A stretch of 64,000 nucleotides of DNA from contig JBGAHS010000003.1 of NCBI GenBank assembly GCA_044226015.1, positions 480,001 to 544,000 on the forward strand, in the 5' to 3' direction. Below the pieces are notes generated by a model. The model was not told the origin of the DNA. It saw only the letters and a list, made by a program, of their open reading frames with translations, and did not search any database. The position numbers and the translations under genes are program-made. Below, one piece after another: positions 9,726-19,840 of the stretch (within the stretch, counting starts at the first letter, position 1; each line of letters begins with the position of its first letter). The stretch comes from Candidatus Obscuribacteraceae bacterium (lineage in GTDB: Bacteria > Cyanobacteriota > Vampirovibrionia > Obscuribacterales > Obscuribacteraceae).

Positions 9726-10369
9726 GCAAAGGCAAACGCGCTCTCGGTCTGGTAGATCCCATAAATGGATTCGCCTCAGCAAACTTCGGTGACGGAAAAG
9801 GACACTTTGCTGAACTCCCAGTTCCGGGTGGCGAAGAAGTGGGACCAGCAATCGGAGCTTTGCAAGAAAGCGGACTATATGATTTTTGCTTTGCCGGAAT
9901 AGACCGGCATCCGATGGATATGTTCAATTTTGCAAGCCAATGTCCCGACAAAACTCCTTATAAAGATAAGGTAGAAGACCGTGATGGAAAGCTGGCAGTA
10001 GTTTATCCCGACCATTGCCAGGAAGGCACATGGAGTGCTGATTTTCTGCCCGGCATCCGCAAAGACCTTATTGACGAGATATTTCCGAAAGGAACCGAAA
10101 GAGACAAAGACAGCCATTCCGTCTGCGGCAATGTGGCACTTATTCCACGGCTTAAGGAGCTTGGAATAACCGATGTTGATCTTGTTGGACTGGTTTTCCG
10201 CATTTGTGTCGGCTTTTCAGCTATTGATCTTGCTAAAGCAGGGTTCAATGTAAGGGTTATAAAAGACTGCACACGTGACCTTGATATGGCGGAATTCACT
10301 TTTGTCATTGATCAAATGAATGAGCTTGGTGTCGAAATAATTGAACGGATGGATCTGCAGAAAGCTTAG
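9722..10369 (+). CDS. pncA: Nicotinamidase / isochorismatase family
   Basis: VDPINGF, D.HP, YPDHC, KG, GLVFRICV motifs; ATGA overlap with nadE. Confidence 0.75.
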   Translation: MSKGKRALGLVDPINGFASANFGDGKGHFAELPVPGGEEVGPAIGALQESGLYDFCFAGIDRHPMDMFNFASQCPDKTPYKDKVEDRDGKLAVVYPDHCQEGTWSADFLPGIRKDLIDEIFPKGTERDKDSHSVCGNVALIPRLKELGITDVDLVGLVFRICVGFSAIDLAKAGFNVRVIKDCTRDLDMAEFTFVIDQMNELGVEIIERMDLQKA

Positions 10370-10838
10370 TCCAAATGCCGTTGAAATCTACCAGTGATAT
10401 TTTTCAGAAAGCTAGCGCGGACTAGCAAGTTTCTAATCCGAATCAGTAAATGATAGCTTCGCTCAACCTCGCAATCAGACAGATCTGCAATGTCTGGGCA
10501 TATCACCATGCAAAACAACAGAGAATATCACAAGGCAATCCCCAAAGCAGAGCCACAGCAGTCTTTTAGGGCTTCCAACGCTGATTAGGGAATAGCGGAC
10601 ATCTTTTCTAGATTTAGTTATCTCCGTTTTTTCCGTTTCTGTTTTAGAGGTCCCTGGTCACAATCAATTCAGACCAAGAAAGCAAGTATCCAAGCCGCAC
10701 CTTCCGCGACCTGGGTTCTTGTGACCTCTAAAAAGTACTTCGAGCGCGGCGCTCGTCGTACGGATTCGGCTGTGCAAATCCCACTGTGGGACGTTGCGCA
10801 CGGGGGAAACACCTATTTTCTCGAAAGGCTCGAAACCT

Positions 10839-11813
10839 ATGACGACCACCACCAACACCACCAAGGGCAAGACCGTGGACCAGAACAACGTCGTGAAGAC
10901 CGGTGACATGATCGAAAAGGCCATCGTCACCAGCAAGATCGACCGCGCTGTCGTTCTCAGCTACACCCACAACGGCCGCAAGTGCACCGGCGTGATGCAC
11001 GTCAGCCAGTTCCCCGCGCTCGAAATCCCGCAGCGTGACCAGATGTTCGCGGACACCAACGTGAACAGCGAGTTTACCAACCTCCTGGCGGAAGTCGAAC
11101 CCGCCGACAAGTCGAAGGGCCGCCGCTTCACCTCGGTTCGCCTCTCAGGCCGCGCCCCGCTCGAGCAGGCGGCCAAGGAGAAGCGCGAGCAGGCGCAGGT
11201 CCAACGCCGTCAGCGAGAGAGCGCCCATGCCGAAGCCGTGAAAGCGGTCCAAGGCAAGGTCGTGCTGGCGACCATCAAGGAACTCGCCTTCTCCAAGGAC
11301 CCGGAGACCAAGAAGGAGACCGACCACTGCTACGGCGCCTTCCTCAAGGTGGAAGTCGACGGCGTCGAAGTCAGCGGGCTGCTCCACACCAGCCGCATGA
11401 CGGGCAAGGCGCGAGTGGAACGCCTGCTGGAAGTGTTCGCTCAAGCTGGCACCCTGGAAGTCATCGCCACGCAGACGGACAAGGGGCTGTCTTTCTCGGA
11501 GCAGGACGTGCAGAAGGTCAAGGAAGAAGCCCATCAGCAGACGGAGCGTGAGTCCTTCCTGAGCTGCATCCGCGAAGCGCTGGCCAACGGCAACGCGGAC
11601 AAGATGCAATTCCCCGCCAAGGTGACGGAAAACCGACTGCCGTCGGGCGGTGGCGTCAGCTGTGTGGCCTGCGGCACTTGCGTGGAAGTCTCCTCGGAAG
11701 ACCTCGACATTCCGGCGAACAACATGCGTGGCAACGGTCACACCGTCAAACTGGTGCCCATCAGCGTCGAAGGCGAAGTCGTCCGCGCGAAGCGCTTCGT
11801 CAAAAGCAAGTAA
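10839..11813 (+). CDS. Divergent tandem S1-like RNA-binding domain protein; GC-rich cassette gene
   Basis: TGVMHVSQF and YGAFL...SGLLHTSRM resemble S1 motifs; strongly biased codons. Confidence 0.6.
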   Translation: MTTTTNTTKGKTVDQNNVVKTGDMIEKAIVTSKIDRAVVLSYTHNGRKCTGVMHVSQFPALEIPQRDQMFADTNVNSEFTNLLAEVEPADKSKGRRFTSVRLSGRAPLEQAAKEKREQAQVQRRQRESAHAEAVKAVQGKVVLATIKELAFSKDPETKKETDHCYGAFLKVEVDGVEVSGLLHTSRMTGKARVERLLEVFAQAGTLEVIATQTDKGLSFSEQDVQKVKEEAHQQTERESFLSCIREALANGNADKMQFPAKVTENRLPSGGGVSCVACGTCVEVSSEDLDIPANNMRGNGHTVKLVPISVEGEVVRAKRFVKSK

Positions 11814-11845
11814 GCCGCAAGGCTGAGTAGGCTCAATGAGTCTAC

Positions 11846-11890
11846 GGGGGTGGAGGTCTGGCGCAAGCCAGACCCTCGCCCTTCTTGCTT
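11846..11890 (+). terminator. Terminator with GCAA tetraloop, preceded by two further hairpins (11812-11845)
   Basis: GGTCTGGC-GCAA-GCCAGACC stem, pyrimidine tail. Confidence 0.7.
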
Positions 11891-11901
11891 AACGCTCGTT
11901 T

Positions 11902-11918
11902 TACTATGCTAAATAGTA
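11902..11918. repeat. TACTAY-N5-RTAGTA palindrome, perfect arms (TACTAT GCTAA ATAGTA)
   Basis: After the terminator, in a convergent intergenic region. Confidence 0.8.
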
Positions 11919-12091
11919 TTTCAAGCGACCGTTCAAAATAAACGATTCTGTCCCAAACTTAGTTGAAATTCAGATGCCCTCCTCACAGGCACAGGCCTGA
12001 TACGGTTTCAGGTCTCTAACATCTTCAACCTGAGGAGATCATGGGAAGATCATCCCTGGAAGGCGTTGTAACTGTCAATGCGCATCCCGCG

Positions 12092-12799
12092 TTACCAGGA
12101 AATCTGAGCATCATTTGCAATTTCGCTAGAGGCGAATTTTCGTTCAGCTTCCAGATTTTTCACGCCTTTGATTTTCCCCTCATCCAGAGTGACCAGCATA
12201 TCAGCAAGATTCACGGCCTCAGTGGTCAAATGGGTCACGATAAGCATTGGAATATCAAGGCTTCGCTGAACTGATTTGAGCTCCTCGCCCAGCTCGAGGC
12301 GCAATTCAGGGTCAAGCGCACTGAAAGGTTCGTCTAGCAAAATTATCCTCGGCTCAGGCGCCAGTGCTCGAGCAAGAGCAACACGCTGCTGCTGCCCGCC
12401 GGAAAGCTGCGAAATCCTCCTATCTCCTAAACCTTCGAGCTTCATTTTTTCAAGCAAAAATTGCAATCGTTCTTGACGCACTTTTTCTTTTTGCGCCTCT
12501 ATTCCAAAACAAATGTTCTGTGCAACATTCAAATGAGGAAACAAAGCAAGGTCCTGCATTACGTAGGCACAGCGACGCTTTTGCACTTCTAAATTGAATC
12601 GCTTAGTTGATTCAAAATACGCTAATTCATCGAGAAATATGCTTCCGGAATTCGGTTTTCGTAAGCCAGCGATACAGTTTAGCAAACTTGATTTGCCACT
12701 TCCCGAGGGTCCCATAATCACGGTAAGGGCAGCGGGCAATTGCAGATTTACATCAAGAACAAAATTGATTACCGAATAATTGAAGTTGAGCTTGAGCAC
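12092..12799 (-). CDS. modC: Molybdate ABC transporter ATPase
   Basis: GPSGSGKS, LSGGQQQRVALARAL, LLDEPF; GTG start overlaps modB stop. Confidence 0.9.
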   Translation of the reverse strand: MLKLNFNYSVINFVLDVNLQLPAALTVIMGPSGSGKSSLLNCIAGLRKPNSGSIFLDELAYFESTKRFNLEVQKRRCAYVMQDLALFPHLNVAQNICFGIEAQKEKVRQERLQFLLEKMKLEGLGDRRISQLSGGQQQRVALARALAPEPRIILLDEPFSALDPELRLELGEELKSVQRSLDIPMLIVTHLTTEAVNLADMLVTLDEGKIKGVKNLEAERKFASSEIANDAQISW

Positions 12800-13458
12800 T
12801 ACCAGCGCCCTCCCAACTTGTTCGAAAGCAAAACAACAGCAAGGCAAAACAGACTTAGAACAACTACCAACAAATAAACCAGGGAAGTTTCACCTGTTTG
12901 CGTTGCTTGATAAATAAGCAGAGGAATAGTTTGGGTCTTCCCAGGAATGTTTCCCGCAACCATGAGTGTTGCGCCGAATTCGCCTATTGCTCGGGTGAAA
13001 GTCAAAGCAAGACCTGCAAGCAATCCCTTTGCAGCAAGTGGAACAGAGACCCTGAAGAAAGATTCCACAGGCGACTTCCCGAGGGTTAGAGAAACCATCT
13101 CCAGATTAGCATCAACACTTTCAAAAGCAGCCCTGGATGTTTTTACCATCAATGGTAATGAGACCAAAACTGAAGCCAGAACAGCGGCCTGCCAGGTAAA
13201 AATGGGTGTCCATCCACTAAGGTGAAACAACAATCGACCAACAAGACCTTGCTTTCCCAAAAGTTCAAGCAGAAAGAAACCTAATACCGTTGGCGGCAGA
13301 ACAAGCGGAAGAACACAGATCGCATCAAGAAGATCCTTCATAGGAAATTCCTTTCGTGCAAGAATGTACCCCAGTAGCGTACCGCCACAAGCGACAATTA
13401 GCGTGGACAAGCATGCAATTAGCAGTGACAAGTTCAGAGAAAAAAGTACATCACTCAC
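12799..13458 (-). CDS. modB: Molybdate ABC transporter permease
   Basis: LPLVLPPTVLG, RAIGEFGAT, GNIPGKTQT. Confidence 0.93.
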   Translation of the reverse strand: MSDVLFSLNLSLLIACLSTLIVACGGTLLGYILARKEFPMKDLLDAICVLPLVLPPTVLGFFLLELLGKQGLVGRLLFHLSGWTPIFTWQAAVLASVLVSLPLMVKTSRAAFESVDANLEMVSLTLGKSPVESFFRVSVPLAAKGLLAGLALTFTRAIGEFGATLMVAGNIPGKTQTIPLLIYQATQTGETSLVYLLVVVLSLFCLAVVLLSNKLGGRW

Positions 13459-14222
13459 TTCCCAAACCCTCGAGACTGAAAGATTTTCTGTCCGTTTTCC
13501 GAAAGAACAAAGTCCTCAAACAGCTTTGCAAGCGCCTCTCGCTTAGATCTCTTGGTAATAGAAATTAGATATTGAACTTCGGGAACATCATCTTTTTCAA
13601 ATTTCAAAACAGCATGCACCTTATCATTTGATTGAAGATCCGTTTGATAAACGACGCCCGCATCTACGTTTCCAGATTCAACAAAACTAACAACCTGGCG
13701 ATCGTTTTCGGCAAATACAAGTCTTTTCCTTTCTGACATTTCGCTGAAGACTCCGCGACTGCGCAACCCTTTTTCAGCGTACGCCCCGACAGGAACTGTC
13801 TTTGGGTTTCCAATCGCGAGTAATCGTGCGGACCTGAGCTCATCGAAACTCCTAAAGTTTTTGGACATTGGAGCTGCAACCACAATTTCATTGGAGGCAC
13901 ATTTTCTAATATCATTTTTTCGCACAAATCCATCATGTTCTAATTTTTGCATGCTCTCATTCGACGCACTCATAAAGACATCAACTGGAGCACCTTCCGC
14001 AATTTGCTGAGCGAGCTGACCCGATGAAGCAAAGTTACAAACAAGCTCAGAGCCTGGGTGCTTCTTTTCAAAACTCTGCTTCATTTCTTGCACAACTTCT
14101 TTCAAACTAATTGCTGCCGACAAATAGAGCTCATCACGATGCGGCTCAGAGCTGCAGGCACTCAAGCCTGTTAAGAAAACAAGCAAAGTGATAGAAAGTG
14201 CTCGGCATTGACTTAAACTCAC
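13455..14222 (-). CDS. modA: Molybdate ABC transporter substrate-binding lipoprotein
   Basis: Lipobox LSAC, AAISL, FASSG.LA.QI..GAP.DVF.SA, VPVG.YA. Confidence 0.92.
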   Translation of the reverse strand: MSLSQCRALSITLLVFLTGLSACSSEPHRDELYLSAAISLKEVVQEMKQSFEKKHPGSELVCNFASSGQLAQQIAEGAPVDVFMSASNESMQKLEHDGFVRKNDIRKCASNEIVVAAPMSKNFRSFDELRSARLLAIGNPKTVPVGAYAEKGLRSRGVFSEMSERKRLVFAENDRQVVSFVESGNVDAGVVYQTDLQSNDKVHAVLKFEKDDVPEVQYLISITKRSKREALAKLFEDFVLSENGQKIFQSRGFGK

Positions 14223-14259
14223 CGCGCTATTTTACCGCGCAAATACCACTAACAACTTC

Positions 14260-14276
14260 TACTATAGCAATACGTA
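14260..14276. repeat. TACTAY-N5-RTAGTA family palindrome (TACTAT AGCAA TACGTA)
   Basis: Beyond the terminator of the minus-strand serpin unit. Confidence 0.7.
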
Positions 14277-14300
14277 CCAACAAGAAAATGGAAAACAAGG

Positions 14301-14358
14301 AAAAAGCGGCTCGACTACCACATATGCTGCAGACTTTGCAGAATGTGGTAGTCGAGCC
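14301..14358 (-). terminator. Intrinsic terminator (16-bp perfect stem)
   Basis: GGCTCGACTACCACAT/ATGTGGTAGTCGAGCC, A tract on the plus strand. Confidence 0.8.
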
Positions 14359-14364
14359 ATAGCA

Positions 14365-15516
14365 TTACGCCGCGTCGTTGATGTACCCGGCTAGATTGAT
14401 AGTTTCCGACAGGTCATCCCTGACAAAGAAGCAGAACGGTCGATCAGCCTTGAGATGGAACGGCATGCCGCCCATGATGAGCCGCGACTTCACACGCACC
14501 GTATTCGGTGCCGGCGGACCACTCAACAGCTCTGCCGCACGCTCATCGATTTCGACGACGGTCTTGTGCTTGAGCAGAAGCCGCTGGGCGTCAGCTCCTT
14601 TGAAGAGTGCTGAGAAGTCTGACGAGGAGGGGTCGAAGATTTCCTCCACGCCAAGTCGCTTCAAGCTATCGTTGAGAGTGCTTGAATACTCAGTTTTGAA
14701 GCGCGGAAGATGTACACGTCCAGGCGTGTTGCTGAACTTCTTGAACACCTTGCTGAATTCCATATCTGCAAGATCAGCTAGCATCCGCTCCATTCCGAAC
14801 TCGCCGTCAGCAAGTGGCAAAAACAGATATAGCGCGAAGCGCCCTGAGAGTCCATAAGGAAGCCTCACGGCTTGATATTTCAGGTTGCCGTGATAGTTGA
14901 AACTTCCTTGCTTGAACATCAGAGAGCATTTCGATTCGCTTCCATCTAGACGAAGGAAACGGCATCGCTCAGTCAGAGCCGGGTCAAAGCCCGAGGTCCA
15001 GAGACCATGAAAGTAGACAGCATCAAGCATTATCATCTGCGCACCATCACTGGCACCATCTAAGGCACTAATGACAGAAGGAATTTTTCCCTGTGTGCGC
15101 TGACAGATGAAAGAGTTCATCAGCAACGGCGCCGATGGATCATCGAGGTCGAGAAGCCTGATGCGAGCATCAAAGTATTGCTGGGCACGACTGGCGAACT
15201 TGGGCTTCACCGCCGAACCTCTGCAAGCGATGAGACTGCTTGCAAGTTGAAGGTCAAGCTCAGGCTCAGTAGTCAGAGACGCGCGCAATTGCGCAAATGT
15301 CTCGTTGATGCCTCTCAGACTGCGCCCAGGTCCGAACCCGAGTGCCGAAGCAGTTTCCCTGCGGGCAGAGCCACGACTTCCATTGAGAATCAGCCCCAGA
15401 GCAAGAGACACGCTCAAAGGGGAAACCACTACGTTGTGCCCAGGGTGCAGCTCGCGCTCGGCTCGAAGAAGAGCGAGAGCAAACTCATCTGTGACACCAG
15501 TGTTGTGTGTATTCAT
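14365..15516 (-). CDS. Serpin family protein
   Basis: NVVVSPLSV, AVYFHGLW...F, LPY, LPRFK, ADRPF.F; GGAGG RBS. Confidence 0.9.
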   Translation of the reverse strand: MNTHNTGVTDEFALALLRAERELHPGHNVVVSPLSVSLALGLILNGSRGSARRETASALGFGPGRSLRGINETFAQLRASLTTEPELDLQLASSLIACRGSAVKPKFASRAQQYFDARIRLLDLDDPSAPLLMNSFICQRTQGKIPSVISALDGASDGAQMIMLDAVYFHGLWTSGFDPALTERCRFLRLDGSESKCSLMFKQGSFNYHGNLKYQAVRLPYGLSGRFALYLFLPLADGEFGMERMLADLADMEFSKVFKKFSNTPGRVHLPRFKTEYSSTLNDSLKRLGVEEIFDPSSSDFSALFKGADAQRLLLKHKTVVEIDERAAELLSGPPAPNTVRVKSRLIMGGMPFHLKADRPFCFFVRDDLSETINLAGYINDAA

Positions 15517-15549
15517 ATAACCTCCAGGTTGAGACAGCGACACAGCCGT

Positions 15550-16116
15550 TTACTCGGCTGCTTCGCATTTGAGACTGTTGCCATCAAAGCTGATCACCAG
15601 ACATTCCCCGACGCGCTCCCCGCCGAAGCAGAACCATTTGCGACTGAAACGAAATGCGTGGAATGGTCTAGCAACAGCGATTTCGACCAGCGCAAGCTCT
15701 TCGTTTCCGAAGAGATCATCAGTGCTTCGGCGTATGCGAACATGGACACAATTTCCAAGTTCGTACTGAACTCTACTGAACGCACCACGACTGACATCAA
15801 GCCATACAAGAGCAGACTTGCACTCAACCTCACGTTCTGGAAGCAGCCAGAGTGTGCCGTTGGGACGCCGTGATATGGAAGCTCGGTTGATCACAACAGA
15901 ATCGACATCCTTAGCAGGATGTCGGCAGGTCGCGTAGAGTTCAGAGCTGAGAAAAAGGTTTACCCCCGGAATGACCTCGCAATCAGGCTTCGCCTGATGC
16001 ACCACAATGCCTTCTTCTGCCGTTGGATAAACCTCCGGAACGACGAAAGACACCGGGCGAAAGAGAGAAGGAACACTGAGAATCTGGCGCGAAGCCACTA
16101 AGCTGAAGCATTTCAT
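15550..16116 (-). CDS. Hypothetical protein, upstream of serpin in the same unit
   Basis: ORF with GGAGG RBS before ATG 16116; no recognisable motif. Confidence 0.6.
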   Translation of the reverse strand: MKCFSLVASRQILSVPSLFRPVSFVVPEVYPTAEEGIVVHQAKPDCEVIPGVNLFLSSELYATCRHPAKDVDSVVINRASISRRPNGTLWLLPEREVECKSALVWLDVSRGAFSRVQYELGNCVHVRIRRSTDDLFGNEELALVEIAVARPFHAFRFSRKWFCFGGERVGECLVISFDGNSLKCEAAE

Positions 16117-16284
16117 ACTCGTCCTCCTGCCGAGCGACTGGCTCGGCAATTAGGGTAAAGAACGACATACACAGCTCTTCCGCTCAATAAATGAGTCAGA
16201 AGAAAAGTGAATTGAGTCAATCAAATTACGGTGTGTGTGTGTGTATGTGCCTGAGAAAGAAAGAAAACGAAATATAGACAGCAA

Positions 16285-16314
16285 AAACTACAAAAATGCC
16301 AGCGCTCTCTTCAA
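16285..16314 (-). promoter_or_regulatory. Cassette-type promoter TTGAAG-N18-TAGTTT
   Basis: Spacing matches the family; followed by a pyrimidine tract and CA repeats. Confidence 0.5.
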
Positions 16315-16834
16315 GCTCTACAACGAGAGGTTAAGCTTGCACAGCCAGTCTTCAGATTTCCTTCAACCAAAACAAGGAAATGATACAAAGACTATTTTCG
16401 CAAAGCTCGATTTACATTTCGATTCAACAAATGTAAAAACGGCATAAAAACAAAGAAGGAGACAAGCCCTCACAGGAAGCCTCCACAATACTTTTGGGCA
16501 TTAGAAGAGAATGCTTAATATCAAAATGTAAACGCGACGGTTGTTGAGCAAAAACAGCAACAGACTTCGATAATCTCTAAGAGAGCTAGTGCCACCATCT
16601 TTGCGCAAACTTCTTCACAAGCCGAAATAGAGCCGTCCAGAAAGCGGCTGAATCATGAATCAAAAGCAATACAATACATTAGCAAAGCGGAAAAGATTTA
16701 AGCACCTGAAGAGCGCTCAGCAGAGTTTCAATCAAGCACGCAAGCTTTAATGGCAATGCTAACCCGAACGCCAGCGCTCGCCTCCAAACCTCCTAAGACA
16801 TAAGGCACCGAGCTTTACGGAAACCGAAGACACC

Positions 16835-16851
16835 TACTACAACCAGTAGCA
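16835..16851. repeat. TACTAY-N5-RTAGTA family palindrome (TACTAC AACCA GTAGCA)
   Basis: About 15 bp beyond the DUF4139-gene terminator. Confidence 0.7.
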
Positions 16852-16865
16852 TGAACTAAACCAAC

Positions 16866-16904
16866 AAAAAAAAGAGGGAAAGAGCATCATGCTCTTTCCC
16901 TCTT
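16866..16904 (-). terminator. Intrinsic terminator
   Basis: AAGAGGGAAAGAGCAT/ATGCTCTTTCCCTCTT plus A8. Confidence 0.85.
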
Positions 16905-16911
16905 CCTTAAC

Positions 16912-18402
16912 TTAGCGAACGCGCTCCTTCACCTTGTATTGCACAGCCCCTTGTGCCGATTTCGGAATCTGAACCTTGCTTTGAGCTTGGTTCACATTTT
17001 CCTTTAAGGTCCACGGGGCTCCGAACGACTGATCGGCGGGAACATTGATTTCCACGAGAACTTCAACGTCTTTATCCCGCTTGTAGTTGAAAACATTGAT
17101 CTTGTAAGTGTTTTCTTCCCAGACTTCCCGGTATGCACCAGGAGCTGGCTGACTGGCGCCAGGCACGGCCAGGGGCTGCTTCTGCACCAGAACGCGCTCC
17201 CATTTCAGCTCAGAAGAGCTGCCGATAACCATCTGGAAAACCTCATCAACAGCCTTGGCTCCAAGCTCAACACTGCCCACCATTTGAACAGGAGAGTTGG
17301 CGCTTGCTCGTTGATAGACCTTCACTGAACCAGCTGGAAGGGCGATTCCAAGCCCATTTTTGTCGCAGTTATCCACCTCGAGACGTATCGAAACTTCTTT
17401 CTTACCCTTGCTGTAGTAAGAAATACTGTTGGCGGGAATGAAGTATTCGCGCTTAACAGCCACGTCATGGGCAGCGAAGAGTCGAACGTGCCGAGACTGA
17501 CCCTCGTTGAGAGTCACCACCCCTGGTAGCGTATAGGTGGTCTGGTCACCAAGAGAGTCTACAGTAGCAGCACCTCCGGCAGGAGCTGAGGCTACCTGCA
17601 GCCCACGAGCGGCGTACATGCGTCCGTCACCCATGTCACCGGTGCTTACTTTCGAAGGAAGCAGCGAAATTCTGGCACCTTCGAAGGAAACACCAGAATT
17701 GTTTTGCAAGGAAACCGTCGTTTCCCAGCTCTGAATGACGCTCTTGTCGTCATTGTAGACGACGGTATGTCCAGCACTCCATGTGAGTCCATCAGTTTCG
17801 TACATGAAGCGGAACTCGTAATCGCCAGCGACGTCGGCAAAAGCTTCAACAACGAGTGAAGCACGAGATGACACATCTCCCGGCAAACGGTCAAACGTTG
17901 CACCGACAACCGGAACGACTACAGCCTGTCCAGCAGCGGTCTTCAAGACCACGGTACTGCCAGCGGTGCTCAACAGCTCACCTACGACATGATCACCACT
18001 GGCGGTGACCACTCCGAGCTGCTGTCCAATCGACGATGCGAGCAGCTTGTCCAGGCTCAGATTCGCCGGTTGGTAAGTCGACGACAAGTAAGTGAATGAA
18101 CGCTCTGGTCCCTTTTTGAGAAGCCGCGAACTCAGCGGAACGAAAGAGCGGTCACGGAACTGTGAGGGAATGTCCGAGAGGGTAATGAGGTTGCGCCCGA
18201 CCTCGAGGTGTACCTTCCGAGTCTCCTCGACCTGGGCGTAGCGTTCACCGTAAATCGTGAGATAGAGATCACCCACCCGCTGAACAGGCGCAGCAGCAGC
18301 ATTCTTGCTGGGTGGGGCGGCGTTCGCCATGGACGGCTGGACAAAAGACGTGCAGCTGACGGACAGGAAACCGAGGGCGACGATTGCGAACAACTTTCTC
18401 AT
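16912..18402 (-). CDS. Secreted DUF4139-like protein
   Basis: Signal peptide; LTIY....A.V.E.R, Y.T.GLTW, N.SG..F, LG.ALPAG.VKVY patterns. Confidence 0.75.
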   Translation of the reverse strand: MRKLFAIVALGFLSVSCTSFVQPSMANAAPPSKNAAAAPVQRVGDLYLTIYGERYAQVEETRKVHLEVGRNLITLSDIPSQFRDRSFVPLSSRLLKKGPERSFTYLSSTYQPANLSLDKLLASSIGQQLGVVTASGDHVVGELLSTAGSTVVLKTAAGQAVVVPVVGATFDRLPGDVSSRASLVVEAFADVAGDYEFRFMYETDGLTWSAGHTVVYNDDKSVIQSWETTVSLQNNSGVSFEGARISLLPSKVSTGDMGDGRMYAARGLQVASAPAGGAATVDSLGDQTTYTLPGVVTLNEGQSRHVRLFAAHDVAVKREYFIPANSISYYSKGKKEVSIRLEVDNCDKNGLGIALPAGSVKVYQRASANSPVQMVGSVELGAKAVDEVFQMVIGSSSELKWERVLVQKQPLAVPGASQPAPGAYREVWEENTYKINVFNYKRDKDVEVLVEINVPADQSFGAPWTLKENVNQAQSKVQIPKSAQGAVQYKVKERVR

Positions 18403-18763
18403 CTAATGCGCTCCTGGAAAAGTGTACATACGTGCTCAAAGACCGCACGGCTGGTCGCTTCTCTTTGTGCCTGAGATATGGCTGTAATTCTTGGTTTTGG
18501 CTCGGAAATTTACCTCAGGCGCTATGGAAAAAGAGAAGTGTCGACAGCCTAGTTTCTTCCTGTTCAATCACTCCAGCAAAACAAAAGTTTGTGTCGATCA
18601 AAATCCTGTAATATGACCGAGCGCCGTTAGCAGAGCGCCTTAAGAAGCTTATGTCCTGTGGGTTAACAGACGCGCTAAGTTTGCTTAAGGCAAGCTTTAT
18701 GTCGCAGCAAAATAAAGCCAACAGGTGATATTGGCACCTCTTTTTACCCCAAGTTTCCTTTTA

Positions 18764-19840
18764 TTAGCTCGCTACTACGGGAGCCTGAGCCGTTAGACGA
18801 CGATAACGTGTTTCAAAGCCTTCGGCTTTTGCGTACGAAAGGATTTTCTCGACATCACGTTCAATAGTCGCGCCAGCTTTTTCGGTAACCTCGTCTTCCC
18901 AAGGAATGTCAAAGTCATTCGCCCCAAAACGCAGTCCACGCAATGCGTTAGCATTTTGAGTTAGAACACTGGTTCTTATGAATCTAATGTTGTCGAAAAA
19001 TATTCTACAGAGTGCGATGTGGCGCAAATATTCAAACGCACCAATTTCCTGTCCACCGAGTTCATTGTTGTAAGGCTTGTAGGTCCACGACAGGAAGCTG
19101 AAAAGACCTCCGGCATAGTCATCTTGAAACTTACGCACAGTCTCAAGATGATCAAGTCGTTCGTCGAGACTTTCATCAAAACCAATCACCATGGTAGCAG
19201 TTGTTCTCATTCCTTGCTCAAGAATTTGCCCCTGCGCTTGCATATATTCAGCCACTGTATACTTAAGCGGGCTGTGCCGATTGCGGAAAGAATCAGACAA
19301 GATCTCCGCACCACCACCGGTGACCCACCTGACGCCGCTTGCCTTCAGCCTGTTAATAGCCTCAGGTACAGTAATCTTGCTTATCTTTGCTGCATAAATC
19401 AGCTCGACCACAGTCATTGCATAAAATTCGATCCGATCACCATATCGCTCACGAATCGATGAAAACAAATCACAGTAATAATCAATCTTCAACTCAGGGT
19501 TGAATCCACCGTTGAAGCCAAAAAAGTCTCCACCAGCAGCAATTAACTCATCAATCTTTTCGAAAATAAATTCTTTTGGCCGGACATAACCGTCAGGAGC
19601 CTTTGGCAGTCTGTAGAACGAGCAATAATCACACTTGGCTACGCAAACATTTGTGTAATTGATAATTCTCATGAGCAAATAAGTGGCTACATTTGGCTCA
19701 TGAAAGCGATCGCGCACCAAATTAGCAAGTGCCATAAGTTGTTCGTCGCTGGCATTTTGCCACAAGAATCGCGCGTCTTCCCGCGAAATTCTCGCGCCAT
19801 TCTTAACCGTGCTTTCAATTTCGTCAAATCTCGTCTGCAT
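18764..19840 (-). CDS. Radical SAM protein, CofH/MqnC family
   Basis: INYTNVCVAKCDYCSF (CxxxCxxC), GGGAEILSD, TTATM..G. Confidence 0.8.
   Translation of the reverse strand: MQTRFDEIESTVKNGARISREDARFLWQNASDEQLMALANLVRDRFHEPNVATYLLMRIINYTNVCVAKCDYCSFYRLPKAPDGYVRPKEFIFEKIDELIAAGGDFFGFNGGFNPELKIDYYCDLFSSIRERYGDRIEFYAMTVVELIYAAKISKITVPEAINRLKASGVRWVTGGGAEILSDSFRNRHSPLKYTVAEYMQAQGQILEQGMRTTATMVIGFDESLDERLDHLETVRKFQDDYAGGLFSFLSWTYKPYNNELGGQEIGAFEYLRHIALCRIFFDNIRFIRTSVLTQNANALRGLRFGANDFDIPWEDEVTEKAGATIERDVEKILSYAKAEGFETRYRRLTAQAPVVAS

Noticed and set aside
11973..12086. Moco riboswitch near modABC
   Set aside because: Lies downstream of the operon, folds better on the opposite strand, and I could not match the Moco consensus.
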